Shown one piece after another: positions 10,301-18,180 of a stretch of 64,000 nucleotides of DNA. The stretch's first letter is position 1; every line of letters begins with the position of its first letter. The notes under the pieces were generated by a model. That model did no database searches. It saw nothing but the letters and a program-made list of their open reading frames with translations, and was not told where the DNA came from. Location of the stretch: positions 54,619-118,618 of the forward strand of contig JADZDD010000001.1 in NCBI GenBank assembly GCA_020851235.1, read 5' to 3'. The DNA comes from Burkholderiales bacterium. Its GTDB lineage: Bacteria > Pseudomonadota > Gammaproteobacteria > Burkholderiales > Casimicrobiaceae. The position numbers and the translations under genes were made by a program.

Positions 10301-11420
10301 ACGTCTCCTTGCCGAAGCGCTCGATCTCGACGCCTTCGACCTCGACCTTCTTCGCTCCCGCGCAGACCTTGAGCTCGCCACCCCACGCGTAGTCCTTCGC
10401 CTCGTCGGCGCTCGCCTTGTTCCACGGCGTGACCTTGGCAGTGAGCTTGACATTGCGGCTGATGAGGCCGACCTCGGCGCGCTCGTCGACGCCGAAATTG
10501 CGATCCGCGCCTGCCTTCGCGTTGTCGCGACCCGGCCAGCCCGGATCCTTGCTGCCGAAGTGGTAGTGAACGAGCGGGGTGGTCGGGTCGAGCGTCACCT
10601 TGGTGAGGCCTCCGCTCGGCCGCGCCGACGCCACCTTCTCGATACTGCCGATCTTCACGAACTCCGATTCGTACGGACTGAAACTCGTCGTCGCCACGAC
10701 GATCCAGTCGCCCGGTTGCCACGCCGCGCTCACGTCAGCGGCAAGGTAGAGCACCGACTGGCCGCCATTGGCCACCGGCGCGCCGATCCGGTTCGCATTG
10801 GCCTTGGCCGCTGTCGCATCGGCGTACTGGTACTTCGCCGGCCCCGCCGGCTCGGCGAGGTAGGTCCAGCTTCGCGTTCCCGGGTTGGCGCCGCCCACGC
10901 GGGCACTGCGGCGGTCATCGGCGACCACGCCCTTCGCCCCGAGGAGGCTCAAGCTGCCGCCCGCCTGCACGCCGATGCCCTTGGTCATCGTGGTGCAGGC
11001 GTCGTCCGACAGCGGCACGTACGGATCCTTGCCTTGCGGACGCGCACCGGTGAGCCGGATCACCAACAGGTTCTTGGCAATGGGCGTCGGCGCACCGACG
11101 GTCGTCCCCGTCTGCATCGTGCCGCCCGACTGCACGACGATCGAGTTGGCCTCGAACTCGACCGCCGCGTCGTCGAATGCGAGCGCGCCCTCCGCCAGGA
11201 TCTTCACGCTCTTGAAGGCGTACGTACCCGGGGTGCTCACCACGCAGCGGCCGGGGCCCACCTCGAGATCCTTGTCTGCGGACGTGGGAACCTGGAGCGT
11301 CTCACGGCCGTTGACCGGGCACGAGACTTTCTCGTTGCGTTGCGCGAGCGCGTCGGGTGCGCCGGCCGTGAAGAGCGTCGCGACGACGGCGATCGAGAAT
11401 GCGAGGTGCAGTGGGTTCAT
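7341..11420 (-). CDS. Secreted 1359-aa G8-domain / right-handed beta-helix protein (CEMIP/TMEM2-like architecture), putative glycan-degrading or glycan-binding enzyme
   Basis: The Sec signal is MNPLHLAFSIAVVATLFTAGAPDALA-Q. The N-terminal pattern is G8-like (ILAEGALAFDD..VEFEANSIVVQSGGTMQTG....LVIRLTG). A SYPIHLHMLGD motif is followed by beta-helix-like repeats (NSIHHSYNHCIAVH, TLSNNVCA). DGSLTG may mark a GG-domain-like segment. The C-terminal third is Cys-rich. The start ATG at 11420 was chosen inside track ORF 7341-11657. Confidence 0.75.
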   Translation of the reverse strand: MNPLHLAFSIAVVATLFTAGAPDALAQRNEKVSCPVNGRETLQVPTSADKDLEVGPGRCVVSTPGTYAFKSVKILAEGALAFDDAAVEFEANSIVVQSGGTMQTGTTVGAPTPIAKNLLVIRLTGARPQGKDPYVPLSDDACTTMTKGIGVQAGGSLSLLGAKGVVADDRRSARVGGANPGTRSWTYLAEPAGPAKYQYADATAAKANANRIGAPVANGGQSVLYLAADVSAAWQPGDWIVVATTSFSPYESEFVKIGSIEKVASARPSGGLTKVTLDPTTPLVHYHFGSKDPGWPGRDNAKAGADRNFGVDERAEVGLISRNVKLTAKVTPWNKASADEAKDYAWGGELKVCAGAKKVEVEGVEIERFGKETLGSYPIHLHMLGDHPGATFRFNSNSIHHSYNHCIAVHMTNDVTLSNNVCARAIGHLFYEEVPAGHDPMTGSVIFDTGIKYHDNLGLGAMVQSFGITPPADANGVFKGYWEGDYLSRLGDGYYGLYVLNTDDKSLAVHGQCFARQPNGLLDSAADVQAGSPPTCPGGQPYYYEGPSGFWLVNPGTELLGNSIGGCQATGKAYWYIPPTTQNWKDPAKNNFQMANLPVGAFVNNRAHACYDGVFGEGEAGIAGDQQLQPKVDGDNNKQNIVARFTGFTASRIRNRGVWMRPTWFVFDHARVATSREGVTLVTSGGLDGNAPGVWGLLKDSTIVGVSTNNVDRWGPCAGTSNEVELPGCVDKNADAATYVPKSYPSPAWNFAGFYIYDGPARIHDVRFVNFRADPTDPANQLLTNEDVAIQKKFTGYFNGAPVYEGDAALGWFQNNQSAYPTATDVRGLTFDNVDLRHQIFTEKVNFGNFDDGDKNTAVIDRDGSLTGFKVVTAAGSPTVDDYPISLNNLPFNAAINAVDECLATGGQDRAPGFGELRATSLISPANYGTLEFEAFMVAGNPGFVPAPPTPGQKQQPITQWMTFAKDTTDYGAHQTMDLHSRNNQGIWEPKVAHGHGYTVTVRSAQGSPGLADAATTTPGIPNVISVGLNDIVMPRISTDNPFYVRVGVCYTGKKAGHLRPNGKFKITRGYRSWGAGPVNFAESKIRKLFTPIDGQNSYDNEVCYNLSAQNPANLNGFSFDNPAAYKGCPAHGVLGRDANASCPAGSTEALAGVTRQPICIYPKSADYTPVASIADLTDPKTGRPVDINKDHYYYDADTGMLFFYVKQDRPNVVSTSPLGSCDVANPPDYCPNPAGHPYPESYYACPAEGCLTYTVRLDDPDYDPAPSACAAPGKKTIYETNPAYVQPPVVGANQLAFVDGDGTRPPGAIVEALDQNPASAYPYRVAGYKGVRSDPTCRGDTANPAALLSPSARAILGR

Positions 11421-11499
11421 GGTGGAATGGCTCTTCGGAATCGGTGGGGCGCATCGACCGCGCGGGCACGCGCCGACGATACGCGGCGCGCGGACGCGG

Positions 11500-12630
11500 C
11501 TAGAACGTGAGGACGACGCCGAGCGACAGCGTTTGCGCCCAGAAATCGGTCGTGCGGAAATCGAACGACGGTCGCGCGGGTCCGGAAGGATGGAGCGCCG
11601 TCTCGCCGACCCAGGCGACGTTTTGCGTCGTGTTGATCGTGCGGTCCACCTGCTCACCCGGTCGCACGACGTTGTTGGCGTAGAGGAACGCGTAGCCCAG
11701 GAACGCGGTCAGCTGCGGCGTCAGGCGATAGCCGACGTTGAGCGCGATCTCGGGCACGACCGCAAACGTGCTGCGCGAATGGTCGCCGCTGTTCGACGGC
11801 AGGGCGTAGTACCCGCCCGTGAACGATTGCGTGGCGCCGTAGTCGTTGAAGTCGTTGGTCTCGAGGTTCCCGTTGATCGACACCCGCTGCTGCATGCTGC
11901 CGAGCGCGACCTTGCCGGTGACCGCGAAGGTCCACGGACCCCGGTCGAACGCGGCCCGAACGCCCGCCTGCAAACCGTAGAAGCGATTGCGCGCATCGAA
12001 GTTGTCGGTCGTGTTCCAGATGTCGACCGGATTGGGCGCGACGTACGGACTCGAAGTGGTGATGGTGTACGTCTCGCGCAACTGGAGGAAGCGAAACCCG
12101 CCAAACAGCGTCGTGCGCCAGCCGTCACGCGGTGGCAGCGCCCAGGTGGCGTTGAGCTCGAAGCCGCCGAGGTCGTTGTCGAGTGTCGTCTGCGCCTGTC
12201 CGGAATAATCGGGCGCGTCGGAAATGTAGCTCACATCCTCGCGACCGGTCTTCGCATCGATGTAGGGCAGCAGCAGATCGACCGATCCCGGCGCGCCCGA
12301 CGAGCTCACGCCCTGCGTGGTGCTGCGCGATGGCACGTAGAACCCGGACAGCTCGACGCCCCAGCGATTGTCGATGCGGTAGGTCCCCGTCATCCGAAAG
12401 CCGGAGTTGGGGTTGGTGTTGACCGAGCCGCCGCCCAGAAGGGTGTGCGTGCCCGGATCGTCGAGGTAGTAATCGGTGATGATCGGCGTCGGCGTCGGGC
12501 TGTTCGAAAACCACGCCATGAGCATTTCCGCGCTCACCGTCCAGCGATCGTCCGCGCGGGTTCCTTGCGCGGTGGCGGCCATGCTCGTGAGCGCCGCCAT
12601 CGTCATCACACACCATCCCTTCAACTGCAT
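11500..12630 (-). CDS. Outer-membrane beta-barrel protein (BBP7/DUF1551-like porin)
   Basis: An N-terminal signal (MTMAALTSMAATAQG) and alternating amphipathic beta-strands rich in G/Y/N/T are present, with an NRFYGLQAGV motif and a C-terminal aromatic ...LSLGVVLTF. The SD AAGGAA lies 5 nt before the ATG. The gene is 79 nt upstream of the G8 gene on the same strand. Confidence 0.7.
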   Translation of the reverse strand: MQLKGWCVMTMAALTSMAATAQGTRADDRWTVSAEMLMAWFSNSPTPTPIITDYYLDDPGTHTLLGGGSVNTNPNSGFRMTGTYRIDNRWGVELSGFYVPSRSTTQGVSSSGAPGSVDLLLPYIDAKTGREDVSYISDAPDYSGQAQTTLDNDLGGFELNATWALPPRDGWRTTLFGGFRFLQLRETYTITTSSPYVAPNPVDIWNTTDNFDARNRFYGLQAGVRAAFDRGPWTFAVTGKVALGSMQQRVSINGNLETNDFNDYGATQSFTGGYYALPSNSGDHSRSTFAVVPEIALNVGYRLTPQLTAFLGYAFLYANNVVRPGEQVDRTINTTQNVAWVGETALHPSGPARPSFDFRTTDFWAQTLSLGVVLTF

Positions 12631-12808
12631 CGAAAGTTCCTTGCCTCGTTGTCGTCCGGAACCGCGCCGGCGCGCTCACGCATTGTCGGCGCGATCACCT
12701 CACGCTGTCGCACGTCGCGCAAACCGAGGCGACACCGAGTGTACGCCCGAAGCAGATGACCTGCCGCCTTGCTCCGATGAGCGGCCAATGCGCGCCGCTG
12801 TCGCGCCG

Positions 12809-13989
12809 CTATGGAACGGCGTCGAACTCCATGGCCGGCGGCGGTGGCGCAGACGGCAGCGGGCGTTTCGCCGCGGCAGGGATCGCTGCCGCGTTGGCCG
12901 GTGGTTTCGGCAATGCCACGACCCAGCGCACGATCCGATCGGCGAGATCGCCGTAGAAAGGATTCGACGTCAATCGCAACATGGCGTCGGGCGCGACGAC
13001 GAGCGTGCTGCGCTCGCCGCGCAACGCAAGCGTGCCCAGGCGCACACCGAAGTCCTCCTGGCGATCGGGCGCGATGCCGTACAGCGGATCGTCCGGCGGA
13101 AACGGCAGCGCGATGTGCGACAGCGAGAACACCGCCGGTGGAAAGCCCGAGGCGAGCGCCGTCGTCGTCTCGTCGCGTGCGCCGGCAAGCACCGTGCGCG
13201 CCACGGCATCGCTGCTGCCATTGGGAGCGTTGGCGATGACGACCGTCGTGTAGCGGCGCGGCGGCGCGGCGAAGAGGTCGGTCAGCGCGGATTGCGCCGA
13301 GGCGCGCAGCAGCGAGTCGAAGTTGGCGTTGCGATTGACGTCGTAGATGACGATCTCGCTGCCGTTGGCCGGCAGCGCGTCGTAGAGCGCGCGCACGATC
13401 GCCGGGGTGCTCACGGTGAAGTCGACGACCGACTGGAAGGTCAGTATCGGCGCGATCCGGTCGAGGCGCCCGGAGGCTTGCGCGGCCTCGACCGCACGCT
13501 GCACGTCGCGGGTGAGCGCGTACGATTCGCGTGCCGCCTGCACCGGGAACGAGTTGTACTTGAACGGGTTGTACTCGGGCTCGATCCCGAGCCAGGCCGC
13601 CTTGGCGAATGCAGGGAAGAGCGCCGGCCAACCGGCGACGCCGGCAAAGCGCGCGAAGCGCGTGACGCCGATCATCGGCGAGATCAGCACGACCGCTTGC
13701 GGCGGGGCAAGCTTCGGGTCCGCCAGCGCGTCGAGCGCGTACAGCGTTGCCAGCGCGCCACCGTTGAAAATAGCCCACGACAAGCAGTGGGGCAGGGGCC
13801 GGAACGAGGCGTCGCGCGCTCCGTGAGCTTTTCGGAGACCTCGCGGCGCACCGCTGCGAACGCCGCATCCGCGGCAACGAGATACGCCTTCCAGTCCGCC
13901 GCGTCGAGCGCTTCGGCGCTGCGTTCGGGCGACACGACCGTGTGCCACGGCGCCAACGCGGGACCGCGCATCACCTCGAAGGTGCGCAA
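12809..13989 (-). pseudogene. Degenerate alpha/beta-hydrolase-like gene (frameshifted, with no canonical start in front of its TM helix and apparently no nucleophile serine)
   Basis: The homologous reading frame is split between track ORFs 13684-13989 and 12809-13948, switching near 13790-13830. The N-terminal TM helix (LLRRLVVALLLILVGALG, 13990-14046) follows an in-frame TAG at 14083-14085 with no ATG, GTG or TTG in between. The expected G-x-S-x-G position reads AIFNGGA. The C-terminal part (NPFKYNSFP, FQSVVDFTV, SHIALPFPPDDPLYG) is still hydrolase-like. Confidence 0.45.
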
Positions 13990-14104
13990 GCCCAGCGCGC
14001 CGACGAGGATCAGCAGCAGGGCAACGACGAGGCGGCGGAGGAGACGCGAATGCCGGCGCTCAAGGGTTCGGTGGGGGCGTCGCTACGCCGGAGAAGGGCC
14101 ATCG

Positions 14105-15091
14105 TCAATCGAGCGTGATGCGATTGTCACGGACGACCTTGCCCCATTTTTCCGTCTCGCTCCTGACATAGTTCGCGAACTGCGCAGTCGGCTCGCCACC
14201 GGGTTCGGCTCCCTGGTCGGCCCAGATCTTGCGCAGATCCGGGGCTTCGAACGCGCGCGCCACCTCGGCTTGCATCCGGGCCATGATTTCGCGTGGCGTA
14301 CCGGTCGGCGCCCACAGCCCATACCACGACAGCGATTCGAAGCCGGGCACACCGGCTTCGGCCATCGTGGGAATGTCCGGGAAGGCAGGCGAGCGCTTGG
14401 GTGAGGTGACGGCAAGCGCGCGAATCTTCCCCGAGCGGATGTACGATGCGGCGCTACCCAGGCCCTCGAAGATCAGTTCGATCTCGCCACCGAGGAGACC
14501 GGTCATGGCCGGGCCGGAGCCCTTGTACGGAACGTGCGTCATCGTCGTGCCGGTCTTCTGGTTGAAGATCTCGCCGGCGAGATGGCGCGTCGTGCCGTTG
14601 CCGGACGAGCCGAAGTTCACCTTGCTCGGGTTGGCCTTCGCGTACGCGATGAGTTCCGCGACCGTCTTCACCGGCACGTTGGGATTGACGACGAGCACGT
14701 CGGGCACGTAGGCGATGCCGGTCACCGGCACGAGATCGCGATCGAGATCGTACGGAAGCTTCTTGTACGCGGCGACGGCGACCGTGTGGTGGACGGCGCC
14801 GACGAGGAACGTGTACCCATCGGGCGCGGCCTTGGCCACGACGTCGGCACCGATCGTTCCGCCGGCGCCACCCTTGTTGTCGATGACGACCGGCTGCCCG
14901 AGGAGCGTTTGCAGCTTGGCAGCGAGTGGACGGGCGAAGGTATCGGTGCCGCCGCCTGGCGGGAACGGCACGACGAGCCGGATCGGCCGCGTCGGCCAGG
15001 TCGCCGTCTGCGCCTGCGCCGGGCCGGTGACGAACGACGTCGCAACGAGCGCGATGCCGAGCGCCGTCGCACGGATGAGGCCGGTAGCCAT
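14105..15091 (-). CDS. Tripartite tricarboxylate transporter substrate-binding protein (Bug/TctC family)
   Basis: The signal peptide MATGLIRATALGIALVATSFVTGPAQAQ is followed by WPTRPIRLVVPFPPGGGTDTFARP...VIDNKGGAGG...YKGSGPAMTGLLGGE, classic Bug-family motifs. The SD AAGGAG precedes the ATG at 15091. Confidence 0.9.
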   Translation of the reverse strand: MATGLIRATALGIALVATSFVTGPAQAQTATWPTRPIRLVVPFPPGGGTDTFARPLAAKLQTLLGQPVVIDNKGGAGGTIGADVVAKAAPDGYTFLVGAVHHTVAVAAYKKLPYDLDRDLVPVTGIAYVPDVLVVNPNVPVKTVAELIAYAKANPSKVNFGSSGNGTTRHLAGEIFNQKTGTTMTHVPYKGSGPAMTGLLGGEIELIFEGLGSAASYIRSGKIRALAVTSPKRSPAFPDIPTMAEAGVPGFESLSWYGLWAPTGTPREIMARMQAEVARAFEAPDLRKIWADQGAEPGGEPTAQFANYVRSETEKWGKVVRDNRITLD

Positions 15092-15243
15092 GACGCTTCT
15101 CCTTGGGGTGAACTGCCGATGCGGCGGCAACGACACGGGACGCATCGGGTCGCGGCGCGGTATGTGCCGCACGCGCGTGCCGGCGATGGTCGTGGGTTTG
15201 CTGGTCAGGTGCAAGGGGCCTCAGTACCGTCATCCGTATGACG

Positions 15244-15259
15244 CATAATGTGCATTATG
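15244..15259. repeat. Palindrome CATAATG-TG-CATTATG in an AT-rich intergenic island
   Basis: Read directly. The 7-bp arms at 15244-15250 and 15253-15259 are exact reverse complements. The palindrome lies about 150 nt upstream of the Bug gene start and 50 nt downstream of the FAD-oxidoreductase stop. Confidence 0.6.
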
Positions 15260-15310
15260 TAAACTCAAGGAAACACTCACGGGGCGACACGCTGCGTCTT
15301 CCCCAGGCCC

Positions 15311-16585
15311 CTACAGGAGCGCGCCCTGCCGCTGCAGTTCGGTGCGGATCTCGTGCACGTCGTGCGCACCACGTGCGGCAAGCGCCGCCGACACGCCCGC
15401 GGCGTGTCCGGTGGCAAAGGCCGTCCCCATGACGCGGATCGAGCCGTAGACGTGGGCGTCGGCGCCGACGACGCGTCCGGCCAGGCGCAGGTTGGGCGTC
15501 GCGCGGGCGACGAGCGCATCGTGCCGGATGTCGAAGTGTCCTCCGCCACCGATGGGGATGAAGCGGGGCTTGCCCGGCGCGTCGTGGATCTCCATCGGCC
15601 ACGAGGCACGGGCGATGCCCTGGTCGGGATCGAGGGCGCCGCGGTATCCCTCGTCCGCCATGACGTCGCGGACGGCGGCGGGACGGCGTGTCTCGCGGAT
15701 GCCAAGCTGCGGCCCGGTGGCGACGAGGTAGGCACGCTCGCAACCCGGGATCTCGCGTAGCAGCGCGATGAACTCCCAGGCGAGCGCCCGGGACCGGGTC
15801 TCGGCCGCAGTGAGGTCCGCACCAGACAGTCCCGGGGTATCGAGGTCGATGACCATCGTCCAGCGGTCACCGGACAGCGGGAGGGACGCGAGGACGCCGC
15901 CGTCGGCGCGGGTGAGTCCGTCGCCGGTGCGCGCGTTGGACGCGGCGACGAGGCGCGCGAGATGCGTGCGATCGATGGCGGTATCGGGTGGGATGCCGCC
16001 GATCCGCAGCGGCAGCGATGCCGCTTGGACGGGCGAGCCGGTGCCGCTGTCGGTCGTCATCGCCACCCCGGCGTGGTGCGCGAGGTCGGCCTCGCCGCTC
16101 GCGTCGACGAAGGCCGTCGCACGCACCTCGTGCAGCCCCGCGTGGTCGGCGAGCGTGACGCTGACGAGGTTGCCGTCGGCGCGCGCGGCGCCGACGAGAA
16201 GCGTGTGCGACCGCACGACGACTTGCGATGCGATCGCGACGCGGTCGAAGGCCACTTTCACCGCCTCGGTGTCGAGCATCACGATCCAGTTGCCGCTGCG
16301 CGCCCGGATGGGCTCGGTGGGAAGTCGCAGCGCGCGCAGCGCAGCGAGGATCTCCTCGCCTATCCCGAAGACCGTCTGCTCGCGCCCCGCCGCGCCCTCC
16401 TTGAAGAATCCGCAGTAGGAGAGGACCTGTCCCTGCGTGGCGGCGCCACCCAGGAAGCCGTAGCGCTCGACGAGAAGCGTACGCGCGCCGGCACGCGCGG
16501 CACCGGCGGCAGCGGCAAGCCCCCCTGCCCCGCCGCCGACCACCACCACATCGAAGCGCTCCGCCGCCCGTCCCATCGTCGGCAC
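15311..16585 (-). CDS. FAD-dependent oxidoreductase
   Basis: FDVVVVGGGAGGLAAAAGAARAGARTLLVERYGFLGGAAT is a dinucleotide-binding GxGxxG fold at the N-terminus. Length is about 420 aa. The substrate is unknown. Confidence 0.8.
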   Translation of the reverse strand: MPTMGRAAERFDVVVVGGGAGGLAAAAGAARAGARTLLVERYGFLGGAATQGQVLSYCGFFKEGAAGREQTVFGIGEEILAALRALRLPTEPIRARSGNWIVMLDTEAVKVAFDRVAIASQVVVRSHTLLVGAARADGNLVSVTLADHAGLHEVRATAFVDASGEADLAHHAGVAMTTDSGTGSPVQAASLPLRIGGIPPDTAIDRTHLARLVAASNARTGDGLTRADGGVLASLPLSGDRWTMVIDLDTPGLSGADLTAAETRSRALAWEFIALLREIPGCERAYLVATGPQLGIRETRRPAAVRDVMADEGYRGALDPDQGIARASWPMEIHDAPGKPRFIPIGGGGHFDIRHDALVARATPNLRLAGRVVGADAHVYGSIRVMGTAFATGHAAGVSAALAARGAHDVHEIRTELQRQGALL

Positions 16586-16698
16586 CCTCCTTCCCTGCGT
16601 CTCGAGGCGCCGATCATACGGGTTCGGCGCAGCGGTGGCGGGAAGGAGCGATGCCGGAACACGTCTGGAGACGAAGCCGACGCAGGCGCTCGGGGGTG

Positions 16699-17967
16699 TC
16701 AGTCGGCCGCAAGCAGCACGAGCGCGCCCAGCCCCGCACCGATGCCGACGGGAATGCCGTAGCGCTCGAGGTTGCTGACCGAGTCACCGACGATCACTTC
16801 CACGGGAACGCTGGTGAGATCGAGGAGCCGGTTGGTGACCGAGGCCTGGACCATGCGGGTGAGCGAATTCTTGCGCGCGGTCGCGACCACGATGTGGTTG
16901 CACCCGAGACGCTTCGCCTCGTCGGCGATCGTCTCGGCGCGCGGGCCGACCCGCACGTGCTCGGCAAAGGGCAGACGCACGTCGGCAAGCATCTGGCGCA
17001 GCGGCGCGAGCACCTTGTCCGCTTCGGCACGGTGATACTCCTCGCGATCCGCCTTCGGGGTGAAGCGCGCGACGTGCTTGGAGAACGGTGCGCGGACGTG
17101 AAGGAGGTGGACCTCGAAAGTGGGATTCTTTTGGAACTCGGCGATGACGTGACGAACCGCCTGCTGCGCGTTGCGCGAGCCGTCGACGGGGACGAGGACT
17201 TTGACCATGGCAGGGTCTCCAGAGTGGACGTTGGACACAGCGGATGCCGCGGCGGCGGCGGAGCGGAACCTCTTGACGCGGCTGGCGATGCGCGACTCGA
17301 GGCTCCGGTGATTGCGCACGAAGCCTGCGAAGAGGACGCCGCCGACGACCAGCACGTAGAGCAAGGGCGTGACGAGCGGCGAGGTGGCGAGGAAGTCGGC
17401 GGCGAGCGGCTCGGAGGTCATCATCTTGACGCTCGTCCAGGCGAGAACGCCGGCGCCCAGATACACGAAGGCCGGGTACTTCTCGACGAACTTGAGGAGC
17501 AGCGTCGAGCCCCAGATGACGATCGGCACGCTGATGAGCAGGCCCAGGGTGACGAGAAGGAAGCTGCCGTGCGCGGCGCCCGCGACCGCGAGCACGTTGT
17601 CGAGACCCATCACCATGTCGGCGACGATGACCGTGCGCAATGCACCCCAGAAACTCGACGCACCCTGGATCTTCTCCGCGCTGTCCTCATCCTCGGGCAA
17701 GAGGAGCTTGTAGGCGATCCAGACCAGGAGCGCGCCTCCGGCGAAGAGCAGACCCGGAATCTTGAGCAGGGCGACGACGATGAGCGTCATCGACGTGCGC
17801 ACCACGATGGCACCGACGGTTCCCCAGACGATGGCCTTCGTTTGCAGATGTTTGGGGAGATTGCGGGCTGCCAGCGCGATGACGATGGCGTTGTCGCCGG
17901 CGAGGACGAGGTCGATGAGGATGATCGCCAGGAGCGCCGAGGCGAACTGCATCGAGAGGATTTCCAT
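16699..17967 (-). CDS. TerC/YjbE-family integral membrane protein fused to a C-terminal universal stress protein (UspA-like) domain
   Basis: The N-terminus LLAIILIDLVLAGDNAIVIALAA ... and a second VIVADMVMGLDNVLAVAGAA are the two TerC-family DN repeats. The C-terminal 150 aa, MVKVLVPVDGSRNAQQAVRHV...EVHLLHV...GCNHIVVATARKNSLTRMVQASVTNRLLDLTSVPVEVIV, form a Usp fold without the G-x2-G-x9-G-S/T ATP motif. Confidence 0.85.
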   Translation of the reverse strand: MEILSMQFASALLAIILIDLVLAGDNAIVIALAARNLPKHLQTKAIVWGTVGAIVVRTSMTLIVVALLKIPGLLFAGGALLVWIAYKLLLPEDEDSAEKIQGASSFWGALRTVIVADMVMGLDNVLAVAGAAHGSFLLVTLGLLISVPIVIWGSTLLLKFVEKYPAFVYLGAGVLAWTSVKMMTSEPLAADFLATSPLVTPLLYVLVVGGVLFAGFVRNHRSLESRIASRVKRFRSAAAAASAVSNVHSGDPAMVKVLVPVDGSRNAQQAVRHVIAEFQKNPTFEVHLLHVRAPFSKHVARFTPKADREEYHRAEADKVLAPLRQMLADVRLPFAEHVRVGPRAETIADEAKRLGCNHIVVATARKNSLTRMVQASVTNRLLDLTSVPVEVIVGDSVSNLERYGIPVGIGAGLGALVLLAAD

Positions 17968-18116
17968 GGCTCACTCGCGCGTGAAAGGATGACGACGCCA
18001 GTATCGACCGGCGGGAAGGGGTGTGGATTCGAAGTTGATGATGCGATCCATCACGAAGTCGGATGGACGGCTCCGCGCCAGCGATCGACGGACGTCCTTC
18101 AACAGTGTATCGGTGG

Positions 18117-18145
18117 TTGCACCTAAGGGAAATCCCTTATATGAT
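18117..18145 (+). promoter_or_regulatory. Sigma70-like promoter (TTGCAC - 17 nt - TATGAT) reading toward the riboswitch and the LysR gene
   Basis: The -35 TTGCAC is at 18117-18122, the spacer is 17 nt, and the -10 TATGAT is at 18140-18145, in a locally AT-rich stretch. The spacer contains the palindrome AAGGGA-AA-TCCCTT (18125-18138). Confidence 0.55.
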
Positions 18146-18180
18146 GGGCTTGCATTCGGCCTACCGACCGAATGCCCCCT

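Noticed and set aside
8433-11510. A 1025-aa plus-strand ORF, with other long ORFs, overlapping the G8-domain gene
   Set aside because: It is antisense to a gene with a clear signal peptide and domain motifs. Its translation is Arg/Ala/Gly/Val-rich low complexity, typical of shadow ORFs in about 70 percent GC DNA. It has no start context.
12809-13989. Treating track ORFs 12809-13948 and 13684-13989 as two separate genes
   Set aside because: They overlap by 265 nt in different frames, and together they reconstruct one hydrolase-like protein. The first about 50 residues of the longer ORF are Arg-rich nonsense. A single disrupted gene is the simpler reading.
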